NCBI GenBank assembly: GCA_024137785.1
Contig: JAHRHZ010000102.1
Location: 1-64,000 of the forward strand
Direction: 5' to 3'
DNA length: 64,000 bases
Origin: Ginglymostoma cirratum
Taxonomy: Eukaryota
Shown here piece by piece: positions 35,521 to 47,779 of the stretch; the stretch's first letter is position 1; each line of letters begins with the position of its first letter. The position numbers were made by a program, and so were the translations under genes. The notes beneath the pieces are model-generated. The model saw nothing but the letters and a program-made list of their open reading frames with translations. It had not been told where the DNA came from and did not search any database.

Positions 35521-36545
35521 TAAATGTTTTAGTAGCCTTGACTTTAGTTGTTTATTTTTATCAAATGTTATATACACATTCATTGATGACTGGAGAACTG
35601 TTAACGAGACACTTACAGACGCAGAGTGGAGTCAGGAAATACATACCTGTAATGTTGAACTCTGTAAATAAATCTGTGCTAATCCTTTCCGATTTGTCCT
35701 TCACTATAAAGCCTTTTTTTCATGGAGGTGAGAAATTTCAGAGAAAAATGTTTCCTTAACTGTTCAAAGAATCAGATGATGCATGAGGGGTAGGATGTGG
35801 GATGTGGCTAATTTAGATCTGGTAATGTACAATGTGGCAAGTGTAATGAATTACATCAAGTTAAAAGATCTCTTAGAGAACAATGCCCATCAAGTAGTAT
35901 ACATAAGAGGAGGGTGGGTGAGTTGTGGGAGGTGGTGTGGACTGAAGTAGCATTCGGCAAACTAATGGCACTAATGGCCCTTGGCCCTGAAGGCTCACAT
36001 TCAAGGATTCCAAAACAAGTCGATCCAGATTGCGAGGATGCGTTGGTTGTAATTTTGCAAACATGCTTAGATTGTGGAATAGACCCAGCAAATTTGAAAA
36101 TGTCAGTTTATTCAAAAAGTCGGGCTAACTGCTGGAATGTGAGAGAAACAACATGAGACAGAGTTTCAGTCAGAAATGTGCACTCACAGCCCTGCCCTCA
36201 ATTCACGCTGATTTCTGGAGGTTTCAGTGTTTGACTGGGGTAGACCAGGTCAGCAGCCATACTACACCAGGTTATGGTCCCAATTGTGGTCAATTGAAAT
36301 TACAGGGATAAGCTCATTGCCGTTTGCCCTCAAAATGTCAGCACACAAGGCTATGGGCCAAATGCTAAAAACTGGGACGAGAATAGATGGTTGTTTGATA
36401 ATCTGCACTGACATGATGAGCCGAATGGTCTTCTTTCATGCCGGAAAAATTCGAGAATGGAGAAATTGATCTGCAGTGAAAATGGTCACAAATAAAAATG
36501 CAAAAGCAGTGTTGTTGCTAAAATGTACCATGCCTACTGTCCCTT

Positions 36546-36617
36546 TCACTGGTCGTCTAGTGGCCAGGATTCGGACCTCTCCCCTCCCCGGTCCAGCTTT
36601 GATTCCTCGCCAGGGAG
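36546..36617 (+). pseudogene. tRNA-Glu(CUC)-derived
   Basis: TCACTGGTCGTCTAGTGGCCAGGATTCGGACCTCTCCCCTCCCCGGTCCAGCTTTGATTCCTCGCCAGGGAG. Confidence 0.75.
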
Positions 36618-37883
36618 TAGACACTCTGCTGTGCTATTTTATCGCGGTGACAGCACTTCTAACTGATCCTTCAGGAGATGGAATGTGAACTGTTTCGTGC
36701 TATACGATACTCAGATTAAAATAAAACAAAGAACTGTGGGAAATATGACACTAAAAAAGTAATTGATATGGAAGCTCAGCAGGTCTGTCAGCATCTGTGT
36801 CGAGAAACAGAGTTAACGTATAAGGTCCTGTGATCGTTAATCAGAACCAGGTTAGTTATACATTTCTGTATTATAATGCCGGGGGAAATTATCGGCTTTA
36901 TCCGCCAAATCAGCATATTAATCAAAATTGCTCTCTCTCATTAGCTTACAACTGTCAACTTTACTGCTTTAAAGGGATTTCATCAGCTCTGATGCTGCTT
37001 CCGATCCCCTCAGTGGTGAAAGGCTCTGCTGAAACGGTTTCTTTTTCTTTTCCTTTGTGTCAATTAGCAGCCATGTCAAATGGAGAATTGGTTCTTTCAG
37101 TGGCTCTCTCAATTTGTCTCTCTGTTTGTCTCTCTGTGTATCCACCTCACCATCTTTCATATTCTCCGACTCTCCTTCTGTCAATATCCCTCATTTCCCA
37201 TTCCTGTTCTGTATAAAGTCAGAAATTCAAAGATAGTTTGAGAGTGGAGCTGTTGGGAGACTTTTTCCTCCTTGCTGCAGTGTTTAGAACTGGGCTCACA
37301 TTGCCTCGGTAATGTGTCTGTCACTTAGGATGGAGATAACGAGACATTTCTTCTTTTAAAATATTGTGAATCTTTAGAATTCTAAATAAAATTCTGAATC
37401 CGCCAGAAAAAAAAAACAGTCCACCACAATGATAGGATTATAGTGATGTATTTTCTGTTGGTGTAAAATGAATGAATGGTGAGAGCAGAGAGTGAGGGTG
37501 ATCAGCTCGTCCTGTCTGTGTCATTACCCCAACATTCCCTGCTAAACCTGCAGTTTCTCCCGCCTCACCTCATTATTCCTGCCAAACTGGGAATGAAGGG
37601 ATGCGAATAGAAGAAAAGGAGAAGCAGATATGTTTGTGGAACAGCTGAAACGAACTTCATGAAGAATCCAGCAGAAAAAGAGAAGACACTATAGCAGCCT
37701 TCCGACGAGAAATACATTTTCTTTGATTGTAAAATTCACCACTTCACTAAGCGGGAACCATTGAACTGAAGCAGTGCCGGTGATTATCTTTGCTGGTTGT
37801 TTATCTTGTGTCCACCAAACTATTGCTGCTCATGTCCCTGTCAACACCACAAGCCTGCCACATGGAAGCGTTGTGCTCACATG

Positions 37884-37956
37884 GGTCCAGTCGCACAATG
37901 GATAAAGTGCCTAACTATGAATCAGGTGATTGTCGGTTTGACTCCTACCTAAGTCA
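37884..37956 (+). pseudogene. tRNA-Arg(ACG)-derived
   Basis: GGTCCAGTCGCACAATGGATAAAGTGCCTAACTATGAATCAGGTGATTGTCGGTTTGACTCCTACCTAAGTCA; upstream flank resembles that of 32908. Confidence 0.7.
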
Positions 37957-38415
37957 AGTGTAATTCACAAACTCTTCACACTTCCAAATTAATCTTCCTC
38001 ATTGCTCTGAAAGTGAGCTGAGCTTTGAATTCCTGACCTGCAGGCAGGAGAATTCTTTCCGTGTCTCACATCAGTAAATGTGAATATCAGAGGAGGGGCA
38101 GCTGAAGTTGTCCCCGAGGCTTCAGTTCAATTTCCCACACCCACCGACCCAATCAATGCTTTTCCTGCAAATGGAAAGAGAACAAAAAATGAAACCAGTT
38201 TCAGCTTTGAGTCTTTAGGAACTGGAATCAGAAGAGAATGAAGGCGGTTTTGCCAACTCAGCAGTAACAGTCGAGGAAGCTTCCACTTCTTTCAGAGGCT
38301 GGGACATTGACACTGATGTTCTCCGGGACATTAACTGACCTGAGACACTGAAAAGATTCCCATCAGAGACTAGTCTGTATTTGATTTAGTTTCTGTCAAG
38401 AGCAATAAATCCTGA

Positions 38416-38487
38416 TTCCCTAACCAGAAATTGAACCCGGGCCACAGCAATGAGAGCGCCAAGTCACAACCACGAGATCACAAGGGG
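38416..38487 (-). pseudogene. tRNA-Glu(CUC)-derived
   Basis: ..GTGATCTCGTGGTTGTGACTTGGCGCTCTCATTGCTGTGGCCCGGGTTCAATTTCTGGTTAGGGAA. Confidence 0.8.
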
Positions 38488-39452
38488 TGACAGTGGAAAA
38501 GCATGCTTATTTTCTTACTGACACAGCTTTTGGCCTTTTTTTCACTGGAGAAACGCTTCTCCTCCAGAATAATTGAGTTACTGAGTTTGTACAGAATGGA
38601 AAGAGGCCCATCATCCAATTTCCCAGCTCTTAGCCTGCAGCCTTGTGTGCTCTGACGTTTTAAGCGTTCATCTCAACCACATTTTTCCTGTAATGTTTTA
38701 ATCTCAAGTGATACAAAGAATGGGACTGAGATTTGAGGTGGTAAAATAGTGTTCACGCCCCCTCAGGGAACTGAACCACATTTTCACCCTCACGGAGAGA
38801 GGCTCAGACATATTGCCCCAAGAGTGACAACGGCCTCAGGAGAGACCAACCCCCAGCAAGCAAGGATTTCACCTGCCGAGCTTATATTGTCCCAATTTAG
38901 ACTTCAAAACCAGTGTCTGGTGACAGCAAAGAAGGGAAGAATTCGGCCCCTCCCCTGTCCATGTCACTCCCCCATTATTTCCCTGTTACTCTGCAGTTTA
39001 TTCTGCGTAATTCGAACGTTGTTCACGTCAGCTGCTTTCTGTCCTTCCAAAAGATCTTCCTCAAGTACCTGAAAGGACAAACGGGAATGTAGTGTTTCAA
39101 ATGCATTTCTGGATGGTTGATGAAATGACATGGTTGTTTTAACGCTATTTAATGAGAAATAATTTCCAACGACATTAAAGAGCTTCTTTGGTTGTTTCCA
39201 GCCTTTTAATGGTTAACATTTACATGAATAAATAATAAATACTGACTAATCTTTAGAAGCAGTATTATGTCATGGACCAGTCAGAATCACTTCACTGCGT
39301 ATAGGTCCAGATCAGCAAAGTCAGCTGCAATTGCCTGACGTGCAAATGGATTAAAACAAGAAGGGAAGGGACGTCAGGAAAGTGAGGGGCCATGGTGGTT
39401 TGTGAGAGCTGACTGTCGGCCGAATGCAGCCAGACCCAGTGTGGGTTCTGAA

Positions 39453-39604
39453 GGCAGGAAAGCTGACGTTTTGTGTTCTGAAGAAGGGACCAGACCCGAA
39501 ACGTCAGCTTTTCTGCTCCTCTGATGCTGCTTGGACTGCTGAGTTCATCCAGCTCGACACCTTGTTCTCTCAAATTCTCCAGCATCGGCAGTTTCTACTC
39601 ACTC
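39453..39604 (+). mobile_element. Penelope-terminus insertion with an intact hammerhead core and a short 5' inverted repeat
   Basis: CTGAAGA-A-GGG(ACCAGA)CCC-GAAA-CGTC at 39478-39505; GCAGGAAAGCTGACGTTT is inverted relative to AAACGTCAGCTTTTCTGC; flanked by TGGGTTCTGA. Confidence 0.75.
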
Positions 39605-40754
39605 TGGGTTCTGAGGACTGGTTTTCACTGTTTTCCCTGGGATATAATCACTCTGGATCAATCACCCACAATGACTCCCCTTTGTGTATTGTCCTTTGCA
39701 CGTCTCACCTCGTTTCAGAGCCCAGAGGGGATCCTTGCATGTTAATGTGGCAAATTTCACTCAGGTCAGCCTAACAGTCTCGTATGAAGACCATAAACTT
39801 TAGGAGCAGAACGAGACCATCCAGCCCATTCAGTCTGCTCCACCATTTACTGATCTTGTGTCTGATATGATAATCCTGAGCTGCACTTGCTTGCCTTTCC
39901 CCATAACCCTTGATACCTTTACTGATTAAAAATCTGTCGATCTCACCGTTGAATACACTTAATGACTCAGATTTGACAACCCTCCGCTGTCAGGAATTCC
40001 ATGGATTCACCACCATCTGAGAGAATAAATGTTTCCTCATCTGTCTTAAATGTGCAACCCCCATTCTGATATTAGGCACTCTGGTGCAAGATTGCCCAGA
40101 AGGAAAACTGTTTTTTTTGTGTCCAACATATTAAATCTCAAAGAAATCTGTATGCTTTAATAAGGACCTAGTATAGTTTTTGTAGTACTGTATCTGAGCA
40201 CGTGGAGTCAACGTATTTCAGCAGTTCCTCCTGTTTGGTTTCATCCCTGATGTAAAACTTTCACTGATTCTGACAGAGCTATGTCCTTTTTGTATTTTAA
40301 TGTCAGCAATTCATGTTCATTTTTAGAGTTTCAACAGGAACAATAAAATCCTTATTCCTATTTCGGAATCAAACCGACAACACAGCAGTTGCAATGCTGA
40401 ATCAGAAAAAGGAAGGTGCACACAATACTTGCACCTTTTTGTCTTGACACTGCTTTTGACCTTTGTGTCAGTTGCGAAATGTTAGTCAGTGAGATTTTAA
40501 CACCACGGAGAAAGACCTTTCAGCCCATTATATCTATACCAGTCATCAAATATGTCATCTCTCATCCCAGTTTTCAGCACTTGGCCAATCACCTCATTTG
40601 CTCTGACTTTTCATGTGCTCATCCAAATAGGTAGTCAATGTTTGAGGGCATCAGTGGAACAAAAACACTTTCTTCAACAAACGACAGGAAAGCTTTGCTG
40701 TTTGGTACAACATGAAATCTGCAGTTTCCTCTTTGAAGACAGCTATGAAAGCCA

Positions 40755-40960
40755 AACTCTTTCTCAGAGCCGTTTGCCAGTTTTCCTCATGATGCCAACA
40801 GTGTAGAATGAAATCCCACACCGCCTGAGGTTACCAATAATGACTCTCTACTTTCAACATCTCTGGTGACATGAGATGTTGTGTCCTCAGGTTAAACCAT
40901 CACCAGTTTTGTCTCTCTGATAAGAAAGCAGCCCTGTGACCCAGAACATGCGTGGTGACT
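40755..40960 (+). mobile_element. tRNA-headed SINE-like repeat (second copy inverted at about 43205-43400); family name uncertain
   Basis: Shared GATGCCAACAG..CTGAGG..CCTCAGGTTAAACCATCACCAG..GAAAGCAGCC organisation; the 43 kb copy begins GGCTAGCTCAGTTG. Confidence 0.55.
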
Positions 40961-41129
40961 CAGTGTCAGACTCAGTGTGGCTCAGTGTCAGACATTGCAA
41001 ACGGCACGTTTATACTCTATTAAATGTATTATATATGTCAATTCAGGAAGTAAAGTGAAACATTGCTTGTGCACAACAAATAAGATTTCGTCTTCACAAT
41101 GGTGGGCACTTAACCCAGAATTCCAAGCG

Positions 41130-41480
41130 CTGTGCACGGCATTGCTGATCACTGCGCAGGCTCAGTATGTTCCCGCGTGCTCACAGTCCAGTGCATGCGC
41201 AGTCGGAGCGATCCTGAGAAGCAGTTGCTCTCTTCCTCGGCTCCACAAAAGGTAATAATAAGGCGGGACAGAAGAGGCGATGGACCGGGCGGTAGACGGG
41301 GAGGCTTTCGAAACACTTTGTGGATACAACAGACTCCGCATAAAGAAACTATCTGTCCCCATTTCAGAAAACGGGACAAATTGAGGCTCCGTCTCCATGA
41401 CAGGCCGTGGGTAACGACCGCCATCTTTGTAGGAGGCAAAGGTCAGCAAAGCGCATATGCGTTCACCGTCGGCCAGGGGA
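41130..41480 (+). promoter_or_regulatory. CpG-rich Pol II promoter-like segment
   Basis: Locally high CpG; YY1-like CCGCCATCTTT (41418-41428), NRF1-like TGCATGCGCA (41192-41201), GC-box-like GGGCGG near 41287. Confidence 0.5.
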
Positions 41481-41492
41481 GAGAGAATGTTG

Positions 41493-41592
41493 ATTTTCTG
41501 ATGAAGGGTCCAGGCCCGAAAGTCAAGCTTTCCTGCTGCTATGGTGCTGCTTGGCCTACTGTGTTCATCCAGCTCCACACCTTGTTATCTAT
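41493..41592 (+). mobile_element. Solo Penelope terminus of about 100 bp with a hammerhead-like core and a 12-bp TSD
   Basis: CTGATGAAGGGTCCAGGCCCGAAAGTC; GAGAGAATGTTG at 41481-41492 and 41593-41604. Confidence 0.8.
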
Positions 41593-41714
41593 GAGAGAAT
41601 GTTGTGAATGTGTCTCCTGGACTGAGAGGGCTGGAGTTTATAAACTCCTTTAACAGGGAGTGAGGAGGGGAGGATTTACTGAGTGAGATGGATCTTGTAA
41701 AGTTTTTTTTACAG

Positions 41715-41822
41715 CATTTTAGAAGAGGATTTGCAGATTGGAAACTCATACCAAAAATGATACACCAAGATCTAAGTGAGCTACTTTATTCATTCGGTCC
41801 TGGATATCATTGGCCTTTGAAT
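41715..41822 (+). other. Candidate exon, similar to the leader of the ZNF remnant at 50.5 kb
   Basis: TTTTTTTTACAG acceptor and GTAAGT donor; GAGGATTTGCAGA..AAACTCA resembles 50513-50540. Confidence 0.4.
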
Positions 41823-43569
41823 GTAAGTATTGAATAAAATAAAAGTAATGTAAAGTTTCTTCCTTCTATCTCCCAGTAACTATTGCCCAATATCTTAAAT
41901 CTGTGTCTTTCATAGTTTTACTACCAGTGAAGAAAATCAGCTGCTCTTTATCTGCCTTATTTAAACCTAGACATTTCATCAAGTCTCATCTCAATCTCCT
42001 TTGTTCTGTGCAGAACAACTTCAGTTTCTCCAACCTGACCACTCAACTAAATATCCCTTGGTTGTTGAGCCAGTCTGATTCTTCTCCTTTCAAGTCTCTT
42101 CTCAGACCCTCTCATTCTTCGTGGAAATCCCCTGTTTGTGCAGGCCCAAATGCTCTGTGTTCAAGTGGGTGATGACATCACACACAAGCAATTGCTCACT
42201 GACATCACCCTGATTCCAGGGTGTTTCCTGAACTGTGAGTTTACTCTGACCCCAGTAGTTCTGATATCTTTTGAGCTGCAGACTCTGGTATTTGATTTTA
42301 AAGTTGAACACAATGAAATTATTTCAATATTTTAAACCAGTAATCGACACCATTAAGCTTCTCCTGCTTTTTTCAGTTATCTGACTCTGGAGCTAATGTG
42401 ACTCATTTTGTCACCCCCTCGTTATGTGGCTGGTGTCAAAAGCTACTTTCTAACACCATCCATTGTGACCATCCATTATTCTGGTTCCTCTCTGTTCTCC
42501 CTTATCAACTCTGTCATTTTCTAACCCGCTCTGTCTTCAATAATGGATGTAACTGTCTTCAGGTATTGTATTGTTACTCCCATTGACTCTCTTTATGAGG
42601 TTTTTTACAGCATAACATTCGCCTGCAACAAATGGTCAGGCATTACCTTCCCTGAGCAGCTCCCAAAATGCTCTTTACGAAAGGAGTTATTCACCAAGTG
42701 ATGACGAAGGAACTGTGATATGTGTCCAAATCAATGGCAAATAATGTGTATCAATATGGTGCCCTTCACATAATGGAAACTTCCAAATTGTTCCTTGGCA
42801 GTGTTATAATGCAACTTTGGTCCCTCGAGACACAATGAGATATTAAGGTAGTGACAACATGTTTAATGGTCAAATAAGTTGTTTTCAACCAGTATTTTAG
42901 GGTGCAAAACTGATGTTGAGAGAGAGTGTTTTAATGAGGACATTTCACAGTTTGTCACCTTGACAACTAAAGGTTGAGGGCACCAGATGTGGGACAGTTA
43001 AAATCGAGAATGCCTGCGTGCACCTCATACCGTTGTAATTTCCTCTATTTAGATTTTGGCTCCGAGTCTCAAAATCAACTCTGTCACTCTCCAGCTTAAT
43101 GAAGAGTTCTATCATAAACAGGTCTTCACTTTTTTTCACATGAGGCCTTTCACAGCTAGATTGCCAATTAATCTACTCTTATTACACAATTAAAATTTTG
43201 AAATAAAGTTACCGTAGTATCCGAAGACTATAGGACTGTTCTCTCACTTCAGAGACAGAGATGACAAATGGTGCTGAAACCTCACGCAATGTGAAGATGG
43301 TGGGACCTTCATGGTGTCCTCAGCTGTTATAGGAATTGAGCACATGCTGCTGGAGTCAATCTGCATCACAAATCAGCTGTTCAGACAACTGAGCTAGCCC
43401 GCCCATGACCATTACGCCGTACACCTTTGTGGATAGCCTGTCCTCTCTTTGGTCACTCAATATATAGATGTGGAAAACCATCTCGTACACACTCCAGGAA
43501 TTTCTCCTCTGTGGTGTTGTTACTGATTTGATTTTCTCAACCTATGTGCAGATTGAAGTCACCCATAAT

Positions 43570-46500
43570 AACCATGAGCACAAGATATAGGAGCAGAATT
43601 AGGCTATTTGGCTCATTAAGATTGCTCCACAATTTGATTGTGTCTGATATGTTTCTCAACCCCATTCTCCTGCCTTCTCCCACAACCGTTGATCCCCTTA
43701 TCAATCAAGATAATTATCTGTCTATCTCTGTTATAAATACAATCAAGGATTTGGCCTTTACAGCCTTCAATAACAATGAGTTCCACAATCACCACCCTTG
43801 GGCTAAAGAATTTCCTCTTCATTTCCGTTCTAAAGGGTCATTCCTTCACTGAGAAGCTGTGCCCTCAGGTTCTAGTCTCTCCTGCAAAAGAAACATCTCC
43901 ATGTCTAATTATTCAGGCCTTTCAGTATTTTGTAAGTTTCAATCGTGTAGCGTCATAGAGTCTGACAGCACAGAGGCAGATCCGTCGGTCCAACCAGTCC
44001 ATGCTGACCATGTTCCAAAACTGATGTAATCCCATCTGCCTGCACATGGCCCATGTCCCTCCAAACATTTCATATTTATGTACTATCTAAACATCTTTTA
44101 AACATTGTAAACTCTACCTGTATCCATTATTTCCTTTTGGAAGTTCATTCCACCGACGAACCACACCCTGGAAGTGGGGAAAATAGTTTCCCCTCATGCC
44201 TTTTCTCAATCTTTCACCTCTCATCTTAATAATATGACCCTGGTCTTGAAATCCCCCACTCTAGGGAAAAGACACCTGCTATTCACGTTATCTATACTCT
44301 TGAAGGACAGGACTGAAACATGACCCTGGGTAATGTTGTATCTGGGTACCTCTGTACCGAACGTGGTGCCAAAAGTGGCACCTTGTAAACTTTTCACTGT
44401 ACTCGTGTGAGTATATGCGACAATAAAACTTATCTCGTTGATTAAAATTATGCCCCACCCCGACCCCGGAGAAAGGACACCTGCCAATCAACTTTTTGTT
44501 ACCCTCTCAGGATTTCACAAACCACTTTCAGGTCAAACTCAATGTGCTGCACCCCTATGAAAGGAGTCCCAGTCCCCCATTATGACTCAACCCCTCCGTT
44601 CACAGCAACGTCCTGGTAAATCTCTTCTGAGCTCTGTCCAGCTGAATAATATCCTTGCTATAACAGGTAGACCAGAACTGGACACAGTGCTTCAGAAGAG
44701 GCCTCACCAACGTCCGAGACCACCTCAACATGACGTCCCAACTTCTGTACACAACGGTCTGAGCGATGAAGGTAAGCATACTAAACACCTTCTCAACCAC
44801 CCTGCCTATGTGTGACGCAAATTTAGAAGAATTAGGTAACTGAAACCTGAAGTCTCTCTGTTCCTCAATACCCAAGGCCCTATTTAATTTGTAAGTGGAT
44901 TTCTTCTGGGTGATCCAGTTTCCTCCCACAGTCCAAAGATTTGCAGTTTGGCTGGATTGTTCATTCTAAATAGTGCGTAATGTTCTGGGATGTGTAGATT
45001 AGGTGGATTATCGGTTTATGGTTCTGGGTGGGATGCTCTGAGGGTCGGTGTGGAATTGTTGGGTCCAAGGGCCTGTTTTCACACTGTAGGGATTTCGATT
45101 TTATGATTTTCTATGAAGTCCTGCCTCCCTTTGGTTTACCACGATGCAGTACCTTGCATTTATTCAAATTAAACTCCATCTGCCAGTCCTCAGCACATCG
45201 ACCCAAATGATCAAGATATCTTTGAAATCTTAACCTAGTTCAATGTCCACTCTCGCATTAATTTTGGAGTCATTTGCACTAACCATGCCTTCTGTATTCT
45301 CATCTAAATCATTTATATAAATGTAAAACAAAAGTGAACCCAACACCGATCCCTGCTGAACACCAGGCCTTCAGTCCGAAAAACAACTCTCCACTTCCAC
45401 AGCCTGTCTCCTGACGTTAAGCAAATTTTGTATCCAATTGGCAAGCTCATCCTGGATCCCATGTAAGCTAGCTTTACAAATTAGTCCACCACTTGGAACC
45501 TCGTCAAAGGCTTTACGATACTCCAAGTAAACAATGTTTACTGCTCTGCCCTCATCAATCATTTTGGTTACTTCATCAAAAACCTCAATCAAATTTGAGA
45601 GACACGATTTCTCTTGCAGACAACTATGCTGATTATCCATAATCATTCCTTGCCTCTCCAAATGCTATCTTTCAGGGTCACCTCCAACAAGTTATCCACC
45701 ACCAAAGTCAGACTCTCAGAACAAGAGTTCCCAGGCTTCTTACATCATTCAAATGAAGGCACAACATGAGCCACTCTGCAATCATCTGGCACATCACCTG
45801 TAGTTATAGATGATAGGATATTTCTGCAAGCGACACCACATCTTCTCTTTTAACTTTCCACATGATGGGATGCACGAGAGCAGGTCGTAAGATTTAGAGT
45901 AATACAGTGTGGAAACAGGGCCTTTGGCCCAAACTGGTCCATGCTGACCATAGTACCCACTCAGCTAGTTCCAATTGCTGGATTTAGTCCATGTCCCTCT
46001 AAACCCTTGCCATCCATGTACCTATCCTATTATTTTTTAAATGTTGCTATTGAATCTGCCTCAACCACTTTTGCTGGCAGCCCGTTCCATAAATGCACCT
46101 CTTTCTGCATGAAGAAGTTGCCCCTCAGGTCCTTCTTAAATCTTTCACCTCTCACCTTAAACCTATGACCTCGAGTTTTTAATTCCCCATCCCTGGTAAA
46201 AAGACTACATGCATTCATCCTATCTATGCTCCTCATGATTTTATACACCTCAATAAAATCACTCCCTCATTCTCCTATGTTCCAAGTAATAAAGTCCTAT
46301 CCTGACTAACCTGTCCCGACAACTCGGGCCTGGCAACATCCTAGTAAATCTTCTTTGCACAATTTCCAGTTTAACTATGTCTTTCCTATAACAGGGTGAC
46401 CAAAACTGTACACAGTGTTCCAGTGCGGCCTCACCAATGACTTATACAGTTGTAACATAACACCACAGCTTCTATACTCAATGCTTCAATCCATGAAGAC

Positions 46501-47700
46501 TCATATGTTAAATGCCTTCTTCACCACCCTTGACACCTGTGACACTGCTTTCTATGAACTATGTACTTGTCCTTCTGGGTCCCTCTGTTTCACAACAGTC
46601 CTCAGGACTTTACCATTTACTGTATAATTCCTACCTTAACTATATTGAATTGCATTTTCCAATCCTCAGCCCACTTTCCCATCTGATCAAGATCTCTCTG
46701 TAAATTTTAATAGCCTTCCTCGCTATCAATGCTACCTTCTAATTTTATATCACCCACAAACTTAGTGATCATGCCTTGTATATTCACATCCAGATCATTT
46801 ACGTAAATAACAAATAACAAATCTACCAGCACTGACCCCTCTGGCACACCATTAATCACAGGCCTCCAGTCTGAGAAACAGCCTTCAACCATCACCTTCT
46901 GCTTCCTGAAACAATTTTGAATCAAATGAGCTAGCTATCCCTGGATCCCATGACTAGCCCATGATGTGCGGGATCTTGTCAAAGGTGTACTAAAGTCAAC
47001 ATAGACAACACCCACTGCCCTGCCCTCCTGTATGCTCTTGGTTACCTTTTAGAAAAACTGTTAAAAAATTGTCAGACATGACTTCCGGCACACAAATCCA
47101 TACTGACTATCCCTCATCAGACCTTGGCTGTCCAAATGTTGGTTGATCCTATACCTCAGTATCCTCTCCAATAACTTGCCTACCATTGCTGTCAGGCTTA
47201 CTGGCCTATAGTTCCCTGGCTTGTCTTTGCTACCATTCTTAAACAATGGAACAAAGTTAGCTGCCCTTCAGTCTTCCAGAACTTCACCAGTGGTTAAAGA
47301 TGAAGCAAAAATCTCTGCAAGGACCTCTGGAATTTCCTCCCTAGCCTCCCGCAATGTCCGAGGATGGATTTGATCAGGCCCAGGGAATTTATCCACTTTA
47401 GTGCGCTTAAAGGCAGTCCAAAACATCTGCACTTGTTTCCCTTATTTCCTCAGCATCCATGAATCTCTTCTCAGTATCCAATAATCTCTCCTCAGTAAAC
47501 ATTCAGGAGAAGTAATCGTTAAAAATCCCGCCAATCTTCTGTGGCTCATGTGAACTTGTTTTAAAAATACAATATTTCTTTCCCTGACATCTTTAGCCTC
47601 CATTTCTTTCTCCACAGTCATAACCGATACAAATATTCCTTTGATGTCTCCCTCATCTCCTGAGGTTCAATACAAACATGACCTCTTTCATCTTTACAGG
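43570..47700 (-). mobile_element. Stack of nested CR1-like LINE fragments
   Basis: KDKPGNYRPVSLTAMVGKLLERIL, DWRPVINGVPEGSVL, KSCLSNLIEVFDEVT..IVYLEYRKAFD, RTLVRPLLKHCVQFW; several 3' ends. Confidence 0.9.
44897..45116 (+). mobile_element. HE1-like SINE, 5'-truncated, nested in a CR1 fragment
   Basis: TCCAGTTTCCTCCCACAGTCCAAAGAT..GGGCCTGTTTTCACACTGTAGGGATT. Confidence 0.75.
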
Positions 47701-47779
47701 GCCTTCCTTGGTGAACAAGCAAATGGGTGTTGGGCAATAAGAAAGGACTAAGTGATAATCAAGTTGAGTGTGGGCCCTT

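Noticed and set aside
40355-40410. Additional tRNA-Glu relic
   Set aside because: Flanks resemble those of 5402 and 38416, but the body is too eroded to list as a feature.
41132-41653. 173-aa ORF
   Set aside because: Runs through a GC-rich promoter-like segment and a TSD-bounded insertion; no recognisable domain.
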